Positions 51,718 through 54,430 of a stretch of 54,430 nt of DNA are shown piece after piece. Each line of letters begins with the position of its first letter. The stretch's first letter is position 1. Source of the stretch: a virus (taxonomy: Duplodnaviria; Caudoviricetes); the IMG/VR virus record IMGVR_UViG_3300050011_000409, positions 1-54,430 of that record. One strand, given 5' to 3'. The notes below the pieces were generated by a model. That model was not told where the DNA came from. It was given only the letters and a program-made list of their open reading frames with translations, and made no database searches. The translations under genes were made by a program, and so were the position numbers.

Positions 51718-51999
51718 ATGAACGAAGAAACCACAAAACCACCAAATGAGAACGGCACGAACCCCAAACCGCGCGCGAGCAGAAAGAAAAAAGGCCCATC
51801 CAAACCTCGCGTGATTGACCCCGGCATCGCCGCCATTCACGCCGAGGCCAAAGCGAAGGTCGTGGAATATCGCAAACTTGGTGCCAGCGGCCGGATCTTG
51901 AAAACGATCCTCGAAAAGCAGCTGGCGCAACTCACGGCGGAGGACAGGCAAAAGCTATTTGACGAACTGCGCGGAAGTTGCACGCCCAAGCTGGTGTAA
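51718..51999 (+). CDS. Basic hypothetical protein
   Basis: 93 aa, follows the zinc ribbon. Confidence 0.6.
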   Translation: MNEETTKPPNENGTNPKPRASRKKKGPSKPRVIDPGIAAIHAEAKAKVVEYRKLGASGRILKTILEKQLAQLTAEDRQKLFDELRGSCTPKLV

Positions 52000-52009
52000 G
52001 ATTCCCCTC

Positions 52010-52093
52010 ATGCTCACCGACGCCGTGATCGTGTTCCTGTTCAGCGCGTCGTTTTTGTGCGTCGTGCTGGCGGTTAAACTTCTGCGGAAGTAA
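52010..52093 (+). CDS. 27-aa membrane peptide (MLTDAVIVFLFSASFLCVVLAVKLLRK)
   Basis: Hydrophobic helix with a basic tail, ending at the terminator. Confidence 0.45.
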   Translation: MLTDAVIVFLFSASFLCVVLAVKLLRK

Positions 52094-52128
52094 AAAAACG
52101 GCCCGGCGCAAGAAGGCTTGCAGCCGGG
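52092..52128 (-). terminator. Intrinsic terminator between convergent operons
   Basis: gcccggc-gcaag/cttgc-a-gccgggc stem with an A-run on plus (U-tract on minus). Confidence 0.6.
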
Positions 52129-52157
52129 CGCGGATTGGAACTCCGGAAATTACTTGA

Positions 52158-52397
52158 TCACCAGTGAATGAACGCGTGGCCGTTGAAGCTCATCACGAAG
52201 TTGCAGAGGATGAGCACGCAAAGCAGAACCAAGACCAGCACCGCCCACTTGCGCATTGGCTCCGGCACATAGTTTTGAATCACCCACCAAAGGAAACTCA
52301 AGACGATAACAGCCACCACCAGTAATATGAGTCCTTGGCCGAGTCCGCCGGAACTTGAAGTCACGGTTACGTCCGAGAGCATTGGAATGATGTTCAT
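52158..52397 (-). CDS. Two-TM membrane protein, holin candidate
   Basis: Two hydrophobic helices separated by NYVPEPMRK. Confidence 0.6.
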   Translation of the reverse strand: MNIIPMLSDVTVTSSSGGLGQGLILLVVAVIVLSFLWWVIQNYVPEPMRKWAVLVLVLLCVLILCNFVMSFNGHAFIHW

Positions 52398-52470
52398 AAT
52401 TTTCCTTTCAGTTGGAGGTTTATATCAGAAACGCGCCAGCGCTGCCGCTAGAGCGTCTTCGCATCCGAGG

Positions 52471-53076
52471 TTATGTCGGCGATGCGGCGGACTGCAAATG
52501 CGTCGCTACGGCAGCCGTGGAGCCGTTGCTGGTCGCTGCGTTCATCGCTGCGGTCACAAGGGCTGGTTGCGCCTGAATGACGCTGGCCATCGCTGCGGCA
52601 GCGGCGGCGTGAGTATCGGCGGCGGCGTTGGCCACGACAAGCTGGTTGTTTTTCTTGTTGGCAACGTAGCTGGCTACCAAGGCCGCCAAGGCTGCAAATC
52701 CTCCCAAAATGGTCCCGTAAGGCGCTGGAAGGAGCGGAGCGGCCTGATTAGCATAGCCGACGGCCTGCATGGTAGTCGCATTCGGCGCGTAGCCGGTGAT
52801 GACAGACTGGCCGGCTGGCGTCACCACGATGTAATTCGTCACCGCGGGCGTCGCGGGCACATACAGATAGTTCGTGACGGCGGGCGATGTCGCTGTCGCA
52901 GGCACAACTTGAGCGACCTGTTGCGCTGGGACTGCTGAGATGACTTGCGCTCCATAGACAGCCGGCGTGCCCGGCTTGCTGATGGGCGTAGCGCAGCCAT
53001 AGATGAGGGAGCCGAACAGCGCGAGAGCCGCGCCAACGGTGAGGTTTCGGAGCCAGTATTTTTGCTTAGTTGTCAT
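52471..53076 (-). CDS. Lipoprotein with an internal hydrophobic segment (lysis/spanin-like candidate)
   Basis: Signal with lipobox LIYGC; PAVTNY repeats; TM-like ILGGFAALAALVASYVA. Confidence 0.6.
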   Translation of the reverse strand: MTTKQKYWLRNLTVGAALALFGSLIYGCATPISKPGTPAVYGAQVISAVPAQQVAQVVPATATSPAVTNYLYVPATPAVTNYIVVTPAGQSVITGYAPNATTMQAVGYANQAAPLLPAPYGTILGGFAALAALVASYVANKKNNQLVVANAAADTHAAAAAAMASVIQAQPALVTAAMNAATSNGSTAAVATHLQSAASPT

Positions 53077-53311
53077 TTTCGTTTTGCTGTTTTTTGTTGT
53101 TGACCGGATTGAAATTCTGGCACAGCGGGCCTTCTTGTTTTTCAGATTCACGTTTCATGGCCCGCCACTCGCGGGCGACCCTCATAATCATGTAAGCCGC
53201 TGTCGCCACTGCCGCGCTGCCCGCGGCTACGGTGGAGAAATTTTGCAGCACGACCGCCGTGCTGACGCCGAGGATGCCTGCAAATGCGTGCCAGTCTATC
53301 CCTGTTTTCAT
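53066..53311 (-). CDS. Small membrane protein, holin candidate
   Basis: Hydrophobic N-terminal half, charged C-terminus. Confidence 0.5.
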   Translation of the reverse strand: MKTGIDWHAFAGILGVSTAVVLQNFSTVAAGSAAVATAAYMIMRVAREWRAMKRESEKQEGPLCQNFNPVNNKKQQNENDN

Positions 53312-53380
53312 CTGTTTGAAATCTTCAAGCACGGCAGATTTGCCCGGCGGTTGTTTGCCGCCGGGCAAGTTGATGCTGCG

Positions 53381-53683
53381 TTATGCCGCCGGGGGTGTTG
53401 GCGTCGGCGCCGGGGCTGGCGGAGTCACCGCCTGATTCAGCCGAGTGGTCTGCGCGGTGATCGTGTCCGCCGCCGCTTGAATCGCGGTGTCGGTCGGAGT
53501 CGCGGTGTTGATGTCGGTCACAGCGGCGTCAACCGCCGTTGTCAGCGCCGTCACTGCGGCGTTCAGATTGTCAATAGCTGCCATAATTGTTTTCTCCAAT
53601 TTCTTCAAGTCGTGTTTGCTCGGGATGTCGGCGAGTGACTCAAGCTTCGCCAGCAACCTTTCGATTTTTTCCTCGAAACTCAT
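53381..53683 (-). CDS. Ala/Thr-rich coiled-coil protein
   Basis: AAIDNLNAAVTALTTAVDAA heptads, Pro-rich tail. Confidence 0.6.
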   Translation of the reverse strand: MSFEEKIERLLAKLESLADIPSKHDLKKLEKTIMAAIDNLNAAVTALTTAVDAAVTDINTATPTDTAIQAAADTITAQTTRLNQAVTPPAPAPTPTPPAA

Positions 53684-53741
53684 TCTGCAAGGTTCGCCCA
53701 GCCTGATCGAAAAAGCAAGAACGAAACATCCAGCGGCGCGT

Positions 53742-54430
53742 TTAATTCGTTGTCACGGTCGCCGTGCGCGCGAGCAGTGTGGCCTTGTCAATGATGCCCT
53801 GGCCGCTCGGTGACGCGCTGGTGCCGCCGGAGAGGTTGACCGTCTTGCCAGCGCCCCAAAGCGTCGTGCCGCCCGTGCCGTCCAGCGATACGAGCAGCGC
53901 GAGGATGCCGTTGACAGAAGCCTGGTCAAGTTTCTGGCCGGAGATGTTGATCGTCGCGCCTACGATGCTTTTGAGTGTGCCAACGGTGCCGAGTGTGACC
54001 GAGGCGAGGTTTCCAAGACCGGTGTTGGCGGTAATTGTTCCATTGTAGCTGATCATCGCCGGCAGTGAGAGTGTGGCCAGGCTGGCCATGCTGGCCACGC
54101 TGAAGCTTCCAAATGGGGAGTAGCCCTGATATTGCAGAGCGGGCAGCGAGATTGTGGTCAAAGCCGCCATGGAGGACGGGGTAAAATTCCCGCCGACAAA
54201 ACTCAAGACTGGAAAACTAAAGGTCGTGAGTGAGGCCATTGCCGAGGCGGTAAAACTTGCCCCCAAGATTTTGAGCGAGGGAAAGGACATCGTCGTCAGC
54301 GAGTCCATCGTGCTTGGTTGAAAATTGCTGTTAACAAACGTGAGTGCGGGAAACGACAAAGTTGTCAGCGAGGCCATAGTGGTCGGCCCAAAGGTTGAGC
54401 CAACGTAAGTTAAATTTGCAAACGACATCG
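53742..54430 (-). CDS. 3' part of the junction-spanning LRR (L-domain-like) protein
   Basis: 23-aa repeats MASLTTxSFPxLxxVGxxFxPxx. Confidence 0.85.
   Translation of the reverse strand, partial: MSFANLTYVGSTFGPTTMASLTTLSFPALTFVNSNFQPSTMDSLTTMSFPSLKILGASFTASAMASLTTFSFPVLSFVGGNFTPSSMAALTTISLPALQYQGYSPFGSFSVASMASLATLSLPAMISYNGTITANTGLGNLASVTLGTVGTLKSIVGATINISGQKLDQASVNGILALLVSLDGTGGTTLWGAGKTVNLSGGTSASPSGQGIIDKATLLARTATVTTN
54398..54430. repeat. Terminal direct repeat (33 bp), copy 2
   Basis: Identical to 1-33. Confidence 0.97.

Noticed and set aside
1-54430. Integrase, repressor or alternative genetic code
   Set aside because: No tyrosine/serine recombinase or CI-like motifs recognised; long genes are intact in the standard code.

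Overview
The window appears to be a complete circular (or circularly permuted) tailed-phage genome of about 54,397 bp: bases 1-33 are repeated exactly at 54398-54430, and one ORF reads across that join. It looks podovirus-like, with tail-tube/stabiliser and ejection proteins and no tape measure. The head genes are scattered: capsid at 1.3-3.0 kb, TerL at 20.7-22.5 kb on the opposite strand, scaffold and GroES at 22.5-24.3 kb, portal at 31.3-33.7 kb. It also encodes a primase-helicase, a replication initiator, Sak4-like and RecE-like recombination proteins, a HerA-like ATPase, VRR-NUC and six HNH genes plus one fragment. I recognised no integrase, repressor, DNA polymerase, endolysin, tRNA or CRISPR array. 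Protein signatures suggest a Verrucomicrobiota host (inference). The most unusual features are: (1) a C5 DNA-methyltransferase locus that uses all three minus-strand frames, with motif I split at ATT-C-ATT right at the end of a perfect 14-bp hairpin (candidate ribosomal hop), an overlapping EcoHK31I-type beta subunit, and a promoter-bearing HNH gene nested inside; (2) an integrase-less array of integron attC-like sites with gene cassettes; (3) a ParB-like domain in the giant ejection protein plus a parS-like palindrome over the capsid promoter; (4) pseudoknot-type leaders in front of two HNH genes; (5) a glycosyltransferase/methyltransferase/SET/ATP-grasp cluster flanking the portal gene. All product calls come from motif recognition by eye; no database search was run.
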